From assembly GCA_965153285.1 (NCBI GenBank), contig OZ229111.1: 64,000 nt of DNA. One strand, written 5' to 3'. How positions within the stretch are numbered: position 1 is the stretch's first letter; every line of letters starts with the position of its first letter. Made by a program: the position numbers and the translations under genes. Shown one piece after another: positions 52,101-64,000 of the stretch. The stretch comes from Podarcis tiliguerta (Eukaryota). The notes beneath the pieces were generated by a model that was not told the origin of the DNA, searched no databases, and saw only the letters and a program-made list of their open reading frames with translations.

Positions 52101-53217
52101 TATACGCTCTCTTAGCTACAGTATGTGTGATAAATAAGACTTCCACTGGCAAAATTATTAAACATGACAAGATTATCTATCTGAAAGGTATAATTTTCAA
52201 CCACACCAAATATTTGAAATCCTCAAAAACTGCTGCCATCTATGCAGATACTGCAGTCACTTAAAATGTGTATATTTATTGACAGATCTGAGAACACAGG
52301 GCAAATCTCACATATATCTGTGTATGCCAAATGTCACTGAAATGGACTGGATTTAGGAGCACACAAATGTGCAGAAACTCAGCCACAACTTTTACTACAC
52401 CTGTACATTATTTGCATATTTGATAGCACTTTTTAGAAGTTAAATTATAAAATATTTCAAATATTTAATTCTTTTTGATTTGGTATGTGTAGTCTTAGGC
52501 TTTTATAAATTGTAAGTCAGTGTCCAACAGTTAGCATATGCAGGAGAGCTACCATACTTTAATGGAAAAATAGCACTTTGGATATATATCAGGTGCTACA
52601 TAGGATTTTTTTTTAATGTTTGGATTACTTGAAACTGATAGCACTTTAATGCAATGACTGCCTGGAATGACCACTTTTTAAAAAATATAGTTTTGAAATT
52701 TTGAAGTATCTACAAATATTGAGGTCCGTGTTAAGTTCCAGCCATTGTGGAAAATTTAGTTCTTTTTCTACTTCCTCCTATTAACAAAAAGAAAAAGAAA
52801 AAAGAGACACGTACACTGCAAACTTTACAGAACTATTCCTGGTAAAGCTGTCCTGAATAATTGGTTTCTATTAGTTTCTTCTGGTTACTTGTTGAACAAG
52901 TCTTTATTTTGACTATAAATAACCTAGGATGCAGAATTCTGCTAGTTGAATTGCTAACCACATAACTAAAATGGCCAGACAATAACTTTGACACTTAGAA
53001 TATTAGTAATTATTTTCTGGAAATAGACAAGGGCACCACTGAGGAGTCCGCTTGTAAACGTAAGAAACATTAAGTGATTATGATATGACATCTTAAAAAA
53101 AATAAAATGTAGGAAAGTAAGTTATGGAAACGTTACAAAAGAAGTGAAAAAAAACATGCCACAACTCAGATAATTTAAAAAGAATTACTGAGGAAATGTT
53201 ACTTAATTCCTCGTTTT
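49150..53217 (-). other. Probable ~4-kb C5orf24 3' UTR
   Basis: AT-rich stretch with no recognisable transposon after the stop; AATAAA candidates at 49171-49176 and 49046-49051; the end point is inferred. Confidence 0.6.
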
Positions 53218-53787
<570 letters not shown>

Positions 53788-55115
53788 CTACCAAAAGAGA
53801 GAGAGAAAGAGGGAGAGATGTAAAAAAAATTAATAAGGTAGCATTCAGCAGGGAAATATTTGCAATGCCCTCCAAAATTAGACAAATCAGCACAGGGCAC
53901 AAACCAACACCTAAACAAGACATCTTGAATATCAACAGACTCATTAATCAAATACTACTCCAAAACACTATCAATATATTACAGCATAGGTTTCTGCTAA
54001 TTTTACATTTTTGCATTAATCTTTAATTTAGCACAAATAAATCTTACACAGAGTTTCAGCATTGCAATGATAGAAAAAATCACAGTGAACCAAAAGTTTC
54101 TTTTTAAATTAATTTTTATTGGTTTCATAATCATAAAACTTACAGGAACATAAAAAATAATGTTTCAGGGGCTATTATGTATAGATAGGATTCTACTGAC
54201 TGTATTTTTTCATATTTTTCTTCTTAGTTCTTTTCAGGTATATCTGACATGACCAAGAATTGAAAAAGCCATTCCAGTAAGTGTATACTGACATTTTATT
54301 TTATTTCTATTTCTTAAATTTTTATACTGCCCTTCATCTGAAGATCATGAGCAGTTCACAACATAAAGATACAAAATGAGAACACAAAATACATAATGAA
54401 AACAAGAACAAGAACAAACCAATAACCTCCCTTCCAACAAACACATTTAAAAGGACATAGATATTTTATGGTGGTACTCCATTGTTTATATTGTGTGTGT
54501 GAATATAAATAATAAAATCAAACCATTCCAAAAATAATTCCCCCCCCCCATGCTCAGTTTATGTTAGCTTCTCTGACATAATACTTCACATTTTGCATAC
54601 TCTCTTTTGGCTCTTTTTACAAAACCAGACTGTCAATAGTAGATACAAAAGCAGAGCTTCACTTTTAATATCTGTCATTTTAGAAGCACTATTCAGAAGT
54701 GCTAACTGGGAGTCAATGTTTATTTGTTGCTTTGTGATTAGTTCCTGGAAAAATAAAGACCAGAAAGTGTTTGCACAAGTGGCAGCACATTACTTTGGCC
54801 ACACAGCCCTGCCATAAATTGAGGGTAATGGTTTTAATACAGTTTATATTGTGCATCTGGAAACTGGTTTTAAGAGTGGATAGTCTACAGTGAATTCTGG
54901 ACTGCTGCGATTTCTCTGCCACAATCAATTCCCATGTTTTCCTATATACTGAAGACCAGCCCTCTCTCAACTGTATTCATATTCTCTATTCTAAGATAGT
55001 TAAGGATGCAGGGTCAGCTCTCATATTTTAGCTTTCATTAAGAAAGTGTTTCTGCATCCATAGGAAATTAAACTATCTTCCCCATTCCAAGGCAAATATC
55101 ATTATAGAATAATAA

Positions 55116-55405
55116 TTTATTATTTATACCCTGCCCATCTGGCTGAGTTTCCCCAGCCACTCTGGGCAGCTTCCAATCAAGTGTTAAAAACAATACAGCA
55201 TTAAATATTAAAAACTTCCTTAAACAGGGCTGCCTTCAGATGTCTTTTAAAAAGAAGATAGCTGCTTATTTCCTTCACATCTGAAGGGAGGGCGTTCCAC
55301 AGGGCAGGCGCCACTACTGAGAAGGCCCTCTGTCTGGTTCCCTGTAACCTCACTTCTTGCAATGAGGGAACCACCAGAAGGCCCTCAGTGCTGGATCTCA
55401 GTGTC
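55116..55405 (-). mobile_element. L2/CR1-clade LINE 3' end
   Basis: Reverse complement of the family at 57113-57398. Confidence 0.8.
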
Positions 55406-56468
55406 TTCTAATATCGTATTCTCTTTAATGCCCCAAATTTACAGTGCCTGCCTATATTCGCAAACTCAGGATGGGAGGCCAGTAGAATCAATTATGAAGT
55501 ACCAGACATTGTTTTTTCTTTCCTGCTTTTCAGCATAGGTATGATGAATTTGTTATGAAGCAGCTCTCCTGTTTATTCATAGATAGAGAGATATGACATC
55601 TCCCATGTAAATCCTTCTGGTTTTGATGAGGATTCAATCAAACCAAAGGTTTGATGTGACCCATTGTTTATCAGTCTCTTAAAAGCCTCTGAACTGGTTG
55701 GTCTCATAATATGGGCTCACTAGTGGTGTAATTCTTTCTCTCTTTACTGATTATTTGTATAGCTGCTTCTTGTTTATTCTAGGTCTCTTTCCTTCAAAGA
55801 TGATGCTCTAGTCTACATTTCCAAAATACTAACTGTGGTCTTGGTATCCAGGTTGAAAACAAAATGGAAGTTTCTAAATGAATGTAAGCTTTGAAATATT
55901 TATCTATTTTAGAGAATATTTGAATATATTCCAAAAGTAAATCAGTATGATGTCATCTCCAATCTTAAGAAAAGCTCATTCCTTAAACAGGTACATTATT
56001 ATGAAAGGACTGTTCTTTTCCCAGATTGTTTCAAAAGCAATGGCATCAATGGAATTTTTATGGAAATGTTGTTATTAAACTTGGCCTAGAAAGAATTAGG
56101 TAATATGACACACAAATCTACTTATGTTGTAATTGTTCGGCAATCTGTGAAAACGACATTGTTGCTTAGAAAGATGACACTGAACTATTTAATTCAATAA
56201 TTTCTCCATCAAAGGGGCTTAACTTTCCCCCCAAAAAACTTACATTAATTTTCAACACCTGACCTGTCTGCTGAATAACATTTTAGAAAGGTGGGTAAAC
56301 TAGAGGTGCTAATGGTATACCAGTCAACATGTAATCTGGCCTTCGAAGTGGTGTTGAAATACAGTGTCTTAACATTAGGAAACAATGATCAACCATTTGA
56401 AGCACAAGCCCTTTTATTATCAATGACCTTGTCAATGTGACAATTTAGGATCATCTATCCTCAAAGTA

Positions 56469-56835
56469 GGGACGCGGGTGGCGCTGTGGGTAAAAGCCTC
56501 AGCGCCTAGGACTTGCTGATCAAAAGGTCGGCGGTTCGTATCCCCGCGGCGGGGTGCGCTCCCGTTGCTCGGTCCCAGCGCCTGCCAACCTAGCAGTTTG
56601 AAAGAATCCCCGGGTGCAAGTAGATAAATAGGGACCGCTTACTGGCGGGAACGTAAACGGCGTTTCCGTGTGCTGCGCTGGCTCGCCAGATGCAGCTTTG
56701 TCATGCTGGCCACGTGACCCAGAAGTGTCTCCGGACAGCGCTGGCCCCCGGCCTCTTAAGTGAGATGGGCGCACAACCCTAGAGTCGGACACGACTGGCC
56801 CGTACGGGCAGGGGTACCTTTACCTTTACCTTTAC
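56469..56835 (+). mobile_element. Full-length Sauria SINE
   Basis: GGGACGCGGGTGGCGCTGTGG tRNA-like head with A/B boxes, Bov-B-like GAGTCGGACACGACT near the 3' end, (ACCTTT)n tail, 10-bp TSD TCCTCAAAGT (56458-56467, 56836-56845). Confidence 0.93.
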
Positions 56836-57069
56836 TCCTCAAAGTGTCATGGTGCTCACTGGAGACCCCACTGTCTGTGGAGGATTTCTCCACTAACCTC
56901 AGCAGCAGCTATGCCAGTGGCTTTGTTGTAATGTAGATTGATCAAGGCTACTTATACCCTGGCTTCCAGATAGCTTTTCATGCAGTGCTGCTTCATGTAC
57001 AACAAGCTTCCTATGCTGAAGTGAATTCAAAGTAAGGAGTTGCATGAATCCCACATGCACCTGGTCATT

Positions 57070-57398
57070 CAGTATACCTGAAGTAGTGTCTCTACCCCAA
57101 TAGTTCAGCCCGGACACTGAGGTCCAGTGCCAAGGGCCTTCTGACAGTTCTCTCCCTACAAGAAGTGAGGTTACAGGGAATGAGGCAGAGGGCCTTCTCA
57201 GTAGTGGCACCCGCCCTGTGGAACGCCCTCCCATCAGATGTCAAGGAAATAAACAACTATCTGACTTTTAGAAGACATCTGAAGGCAGCCCTGTTTAGGG
57301 AAGTTTTTAATGTTTGAAGTTTTATTTTGTTTTTAGTGTTTTGTTGGGAGCCGCCCAGAAACCCAGCCAGATGGGCGGGGTATGTATAAATAAATAAA
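57070..57398 (+). mobile_element. L2/CR1-clade LINE 3' end
   Basis: Same family as 31848-32052 and 55116-55405; ends in (TAAA)n. Confidence 0.8.
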
Positions 57399-57763
57399 TC
57401 AAAACATGTTGTGTAATGCACACCATAGGAAGCTGGCATCTATCAATGCTTCCTGCCAAGTATATACATGACAATGCAGAATGTGTGTATTATAAATACA
57501 TATTATATATAACTTCCAAGTAGGGCATTTGTCTTGCATGCAGTCATGGTGTGCAGCAGGCACACTTCCAATGTTTTACTTTTAGCCAGAAGCATGTGAG
57601 GACACCATATATATTCCATCATCATCATCATTTACTTTAGTAATTTAATTCCACTTAAAAACATTGAATTATGGGCGGTTCACAAAAATGATAAAATAAA
57701 ATGTAACAAAAATATATAACAACTTGCTATTAAATATCCAGGAAAAATAATGAAACCAAGTTA

Positions 57764-57989
57764 CAGTGGTACCTCGGGTTAAGTATTTAATTCGTTCCGG
57801 AGGTCCGTTCCTAACCTGAAACTGTTCTTAACCTGAAGCACCACTTTGGCTAATGGGGCCTCCTGCTGCTGCGGCGCCGCTGGAGCAAGATTTCTGTTCT
57901 TATCCTGAAGCAAAGTTCTTAACCTGAAGCACTATTTCTAGGTTAGCGGAGTCTGTAACCTGAAGCGTATGTAACCCGAGGTACCACTG
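57764..57989 (-). mobile_element. Tc1/mariner-type MITE, copy 3 (226 bp, inverted)
   Basis: Same TIRs and TA flanks; lacks one 16-bp internal repeat unit. Confidence 0.92.
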
Positions 57990-60900
57990 TACTGAAAAAA
58001 TTCACAACACTCAAGAGTGGTTTAGTATAAAACACTTAATTTCACACAGGTTTGTTGTTGTTGTTGCTAAGGGCAACACATGGTCCTAGAATGGCCATAA
58101 AGAAGGTGCCAGTTGATCCTCTCTTGGAAGGGCACTGAACAGTTGAGGAGCTAGCACAAAAAAGACCTGGTAGCCACTGTCTTACTTCACTTGGCAAGGG
58201 CAACTGAAGCAGGCCTCTGAAGGGGATCTCAATGTTCAGTTAGGTGTATGTGAGAAAATGTGATCTTTCAGTTATCCTGCTTCAAAGCAATTAAGCGCTT
58301 TAAAGATTAAAATCAGCACTTTGAACTAGGTCCTCACATAGGACATGAGGCTGATGCAATATTATTCTACTATTCTATGTGGATAAACAATTAATTGTTG
58401 CAGGGACAAATGGGGGAAAGAGATGGATACAGGAGAAAGTTATACAGGCTATTAATAGAAGGAAAGCTGTATATGCAACTTCCTCTAGTTAAAAATATCC
58501 CAAACAATGGAAATGTTAGATTAGCTTTATGCTACTATTTGCTTCATGCTACTGATAAGAAGCAGCAGTGAATCAGGTTCAGTATCTTGAATTGAACATT
58601 AATTTAACAAAATGGCAGGCCATACATGATTAAATAAAGATGCTACAATGTTTAATCAGTTTTAACAACTTTTAAGGTGCAATCTTATATGTGCCTAAGT
58701 CTTTTTAATATATCATTTTCCCCACTTAATTTATTTATTTGGAAGGAAACTGCAAATAAGTCAATGAGACTTACTTCCAAGTAGGTACATATAGAATTGA
58801 ACTGTTAATTGGCCGAAAAAGTTACCTGGATTAATCAGACAGCATATTTTTAAGCAAAATGTTTTATAAAAGTCATAAAACTGCAAATAGCAAGTATTTT
58901 AAAAGGTGTTCCCCCTTTCATGTAACATAGGAATGTCTCTTATAAAGTACACATACAACATATGTGAGTATGCATTAACAACACAGAAATTACTCATCTT
59001 GTTTCCATTCTATTGTTTTTACCATATGGAAGTGTACTCTGTTAACTGACAAAGACTCGTACAATTAATCAATTGATATCTCTTTAATCCGGTAACAACT
59101 CTATTATCAATCCTAAAATTGCTATCTGGTCAAGGATAGAACTCTTCCACCTTGTCCCAGTAAGTTTGTATGCTGCTCTTTGCAGTTCCTGTAGCAAAGA
59201 GCAGAACAAGCATTATTATAAAACAATTATAACATTTGGTATCCTGCCTTTCTTCCATTACTCAGAGAGGAGGATACAGGTGATTTTCCATCTGGGTACT
59301 GACCAGAGCCAGAGGGTGCTACCCCATGTAGCCACAAAACATGCCCTAGGTCAGGAATGGAAAGTCTTTGGCCCTTCAAGAGCATGGACTGCAAATCCCA
59401 TCATTCCTGTTCATTCAGGAGGGAGATCGATGGAAATGGTTCCCACCAAAGTAGTCTGGTGAATAAGCACTCCAGCCTGCTGTGTCAAAATGCAGGCTGG
59501 AATGCTTTCTCACAGGAACTCCTCTAATAGAGAGGGCATTTGTGCAAGCAGAAATCTTGCCTAATCAACTTCATTCCTAAGGGACGGGGGGGCAGTTGGC
59601 ATGCTGCTTTTCTGGCTTTTACCATTAAACAAAAAACATTGCAACTGGAATTCTCATATTGTAATGGGTATTGGAGATAAAATCAGTCTGATGTACATTC
59701 TTAGGCAAATTTAATAGCTTCCACTGGGATCTTGACATATGCTCAAATGTCTAATTCTATCCTCCAAATAAAAATCTGAGGATGCAAAATAAAGACACTA
59801 TCAATAGCAGAAGAACTCTGAAACATGCTAGAGACTGTACTTTACCATGCTCTTCACTCGTTTTGCAAAGACTGTGCTGAAACCTAAGATGTTCAACAAA
59901 CATTTTCTTATATCTGCATGAGCAGAAAGATTTCTCCTAAACATCTACCATAAAATTAACCTCTAAGCTTAAAATATGTACAAGCTAAATGCATGACAAC
60001 AATCATAGTGCAATCAAAAGTAAACCACACAAGAATTTGGGACCTGCTTCCAGATAAGTGTGTATAGGATTGCAGCCTAAGGGAGCAATCCTACCTCTGG
60101 ATGGGAAACAGCAGGGCAAAATGGAGTGATAGAACCACTGGTGTCTCCAAAGCCCTCCTACTTGCATTGGCTAGATTGGAAGATGGGGAGACTGAAATCA
60201 CAATTTTTGCTGCAGACTGGTGCAGCAGAGGCACCCAATTTGGACCCCTCTCTGGGAAGTGGACCAGCTTAGGATACAGAGGATCCTTGTTACTCCAGTT
60301 CTACCCCAAACACCTTGGTATGGGGGTCCTCCAGCAGATCCATCATCAATAATACATTTGCATCTGCCATCCCTCCTGTGCTGCAGTGAGATACTCTGTA
60401 GCACCAGAAGTACCAGATAACCTGCAAGTGTAGAGAACAGTGTACGGGAATATGAGTTGGCTCCTACTCGTCTCCAGAAACACGGATTGGGGGTTAGGTT
60501 TGCATTTTAAATGTTTACAAGCATAAACTTAGATCCCATAAAACAATTCTAAAGCACACACTAATACTATACATGTAATGGTCTAATGACATGCACTTAA
60601 GCAGCAGGTCTTAATAAATGTGGGTAGCACTAATCAATATAATATTTAAGTTAACTAGCAATGCAAATATTTGTCAGTCCCATATATTAAAGGTATGCTT
60701 ACACATAAGTGCAAAATACAGGGACAGGTATTGCTTTTCATTAAACATGTAGTTGGTTAGATATAAACAAGAAATCACACATAAAGAGAACAGCTCAAAG
60801 TGCCTTTGTTAACTAATAGGACACTTAACAAGACAAATTCTAGAGAGATACTGTTATAAAAACCACAAAATGTATATCTTTCCCTGCTACTGAGTGACCA

Positions 60901-61639
60901 TAGCAGTTCAGGAACAGAAGGCAGACTGACAGCAGCTTATTCCTGCTTTCCCCTCCAACCCCATACTGGAGCATAATTGTCCTTCCTGGGACATTCATAG
61001 GGAAGACACAGTCGTTCTGCGTCTATATTAGATTGGTGCCTCATTATCAGCACTGGGGGAAATTAAATAGGTCTTGGGGCATGGGAATGATAACCTTTTC
61101 CATCATTCCACTTGGGCCAAAAAGCTGTTAAGACTCTGCATCTGCCTTACTCTGGCTAGTTAAATAAGTTACCCTTTAATACGCTCTCTCACCTACATAG
61201 CCCTTTTGTTCACACTTGGATGATAGGCAGAAGTCGAGGAGAGGAGAGGCTTCCCTCCGTTTCCCCCCCTAGGTTTTTTAGCATTCGGTTTTTTTGTTTC
61301 AATTTAGTTATATTTATGTGACGCGGCACAACTAAGCGTGGCTGCGGCGATGTTGCAAATTTAGACTGCTTCAACCACCACAAAAAGTCGTAGTTTTAAT
61401 TTTGTGAGGGCCTTTGAAGAGAACAAATGAAATAAGGTGGAGGAAGCGCCGTGTGTGTGTGTGTTGCAGACCAAGCCACCCACCCCGTCTCGCCTACATG
61501 GAGGGGAGGAAAAAGAAAAAAAAGGCTGTCCAGATCTAGTTCAACCTATTGCTGCCCTGTCTGGGTGTCTATTCTCCGGGCACCCAGTGAAAGAAGGGTC
61601 CGTCAGTTCCACCCACCTAATTGTACAATTTGATATACA

Positions 61640-62480
61640 GAAAACGGGGGGGGGGGGGTAAAAGGAAGCGGCGGAAATGGTGCCACCCCGCTAAACCCCA
61701 CGGGCACCCCGGGGTGCAAGGAGGAGGTAGGCGCAGGGGGTGCTGCCTTCCGCCGACTGCGCCCGAAAGGCGCAAGGAGAGAGAAAGGCGCTCTCCTTCC
61801 TGCCTTCCTTTCTTTGGAGCCAGCTGGGTGAGGCTCCATCTTGCGCGGCCGAGAACAGGAGAGAGAGGAGAGAAGCGGGCGGCACTCGCAGGCCCGGGGC
61901 GGCTCCTACCTGAGGGATTCTTGGCAGGGCGGAGGGGGAGGGGAGGGGACAAGGCGGCGGCGGTTGGTGGCTCGGTCCGCGAGGCGCGAGCTCGACGAGG
62001 GTTGTCGTCGTCGTCGTCGTGGGGACGCGTCGCGGGGCGCTGGGGCCCCTCCCCGCCGCCGCCGCGGGCTTCCTTCGTCGCAGGCGGCCGGGCGAGAGCG
62101 AGCGAGACCGGCGGGGGAGAAGCGGAGACGGCGGAGCGGGCCGCGAGAGCCGGGCCGGAGCAGCTGCAGGGAGCCGTGGCGGCGACGTGCGCGCTCCTGG
62201 TCTGGGCCAACGCGCCGCGGGAGCGAGCAGGAGAGGCAGAGGCCGACGGGAGGGGAGGGGGAGGGGAGGCGGCTGGTCTGTGAGGAGGAGGAGGAGGAAG
62301 GGAGCGGCAGGCGGACGCCTGAGAGGAAGGGGCCGCTCGCCGGGGGAGCCGCTCAGGGCCTGGCTCGGCCGCGGCGGAGGTGCCGCCTGCTCTGAGGCGG
62401 AAGAGGAGGAATGAGGGAGAGACGTGGGCCCACAAAGAGCCCCGCAGCGCTGCGAAGGCGAGCCGGTGCGGTATTGTTGT
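61640..62480 (-). promoter_or_regulatory. C5orf24 CpG-island promoter and non-coding exon 1 (candidate donor CAG|GTAGGA, exon ending at 61910)
   Basis: Very high GC/CpG; the coding exon has an acceptor just before its ATG, so an upstream non-coding exon is required; exact TSS not determinable. Confidence 0.75.
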
Positions 62481-62829
62481 GGCATAAGCTCATCACCCCG
62501 CCCCCATGAAATGTTAGCCCCCATTTGGCAGACGTATAAAACACAAACACACACGGGTGTGGATAGGGAAAATGTAAACAGTGGAGTCGAATTGCAATGA
62601 AACAGGAAAAGTGGAGCCCCCGAGCATTCAGCTGAAAGCTTAAACGACTGCAAAATATAAGCAAGAGGAGCGCCGGTGAGAGGGCTCTCCTAAACCCAAT
62701 TGCCAAGGAGAGGAAACACATCAGACTTTATGGGACTTGCTCCTGCCTAGCCGTGCATGCATATAGGAATATCGCCTCAACTTTCTCTTAAGAAAGTGCT
62801 TGGTGCTCTTTACGGTAATAGTAGTTCTA

Positions 62830-62974
62830 GTTGTTGTTGTTGTTTAGTCGTTTAGTCGTGTCCGACTCTTCGTGACCCCCTGGACCAGAGCACGCCAGGC
62901 ACTCCTGTCTTCCACTGCCTCCCGCAGTCTGCTCAAACTCATGCTGGTAGCCTCGAGAACACTATCCAACCATC
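62830..62974 (-). mobile_element. 5'-truncated RTE/Bov-B LINE
   Basis: (GTT)n tail, Bov-B-type 3' end, 7-bp TSD AGTTCTA (62823-62829, 62975-62981). Confidence 0.87.
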
Positions 62975-63786
62975 AGTTCTAAGTAGCCTTTCCATGTTCA
63001 GCAGCTGCCTTAATGTTGAGTAATATTAGAATTCGCTCATGATTAATGTAGGTTTGGATACAACGCATGCCAAGTTTGGAAACATTTTGGTCACTTGGAG
63101 TGGACAATTTTCATTTTTTTTAAAAAAAGGAATGTGCTGGAGGAATAATTTAAGGCAGCTATGCTATTATCCTAAGGCGGTGAAAGCTCGCCGCAAGAGC
63201 GCGTGTGTTAGAGAGGAGGGGTGGGAAGGGGATGCTCGCAGATGTGAGAGGTGGATTGGGGAGAAAGAGAAGTGTGAGACCGAAGATAGAGAAGATGGGG
63301 GGGGGGGGAGAGAGATGGCCAAGAGGGAAGAGATGAGGGACTGAGGAGAGAACAAGAGGTTCTGCAGTCTTCTGACTGGATAAACTCAGGGCGAGTAGTT
63401 TAGAATTTACCAACCAAAGCATCTTAATCAGTTTTGGTAACAATGAGTCATGAGCTGTGGAACTTTAAATGCATTTTTAAAAATTGCAGCTGGATCCTCT
63501 CAGCTTGGGTTTAAGCTGTCATAATGGCAAAAGTTGTATGAGCATCCAGTGCAAGGCAAGCAAAATGGAGTTATAGCTCTCTGCCCCACATTTCTCAAGC
63601 CTCTTCCGATGCTCTTGACATAGTTATGTGCAAGCTCTGACACTGGCTCACTGTTGTCTACAATGACACGCAGTAGTTAAGGATTTTAGACAGGGTTGTG
63701 GACCAGCCTTACCTGGTGATGCAAGGGATCGGACCTAGGATCTTGTGCATGTAAAGCAGATGCTCTACCCTTCAGCCCTTCCTTGT

Positions 63787-63878
63787 AGCTTTGATGTCAT
63801 AACAGAAGGATCATGGAAAGTTTTTAGAAAGATCTAGGATGAGTGTTACCATGATCCTTCTGTTATGACATCAAAGCT
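63787..63878. repeat. Perfect 30-bp inverted repeat with 32-nt spacer
   Basis: AGCTTTGATGTCATAACAGAAGGATCATGG (63787-63816) and its exact reverse complement (63849-63878). Confidence 0.95.
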
Positions 63879-64000
63879 GCAATCCTAAACACACTTACCT
63901 AGGAGTAAATGCCTTTCAATGCAGTGACTTTTATTTCTCAATAGATACTGATAGAATTGTACTGTAAGTGATACAGGAGATCTTAGCTTCATTCTGTGGG

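Noticed and set aside
61603-62721. Long overlapping ORFs (184-320 aa) on both strands
   Set aside because: They sit in the C5orf24 CpG island, where stop codons are rare; low-complexity Ala/Arg/Pro/Gly content and no recognisable domain.

Overview
Vertebrate nuclear DNA, most likely a lacertid lizard (inferred from a Sauria SINE, Bov-B 3' ends and squamate-type MITEs). Three intact protein-coding genes lie in tandem on the minus strand, in the order of the human 5q31 block next to CATSPER3/PITX1. They are C5orf24 (single coding exon 53218-53784, CpG-island promoter near 61.6-62.5 kb), TXNDC15 (5 coding exons, 42361 to 36549, 351 aa) and PCBD2/DCoH2 (4 coding exons, 34557 to 2381, 134 aa, 23.7-kb intron 2). 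I rebuilt the exons by hand: all junctions are GT-AG and the phases are consistent. The rest is intron, UTR and intergenic DNA with hAT and Tc1/mariner-type MITEs, SINEs and CR1/L2/Bov-B fragments. I see no new protein-coding system. The best leads are regulatory. (1) Repeat-free blocks dense in HOX/PBX/MEIS/T-box/PITX motifs in PCBD2 intron 2, the intron reported to hold the Pitx1 hindlimb enhancer PelB in mouse, with a CTCF motif between them and the housekeeping promoters. (2) A palindromic hAT MITE family carrying two inverted ACTACAnnTCCCA (THAP11/ZNF143-type) motifs, one copy of which sits in the PCBD2 promoter. (3) A two-ATG design of PCBD2 beside an NRF1 site. (4) The 16-aa GRP repeat of uncharacterised C5orf24. 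Motif and enhancer claims are inferences made without alignments.
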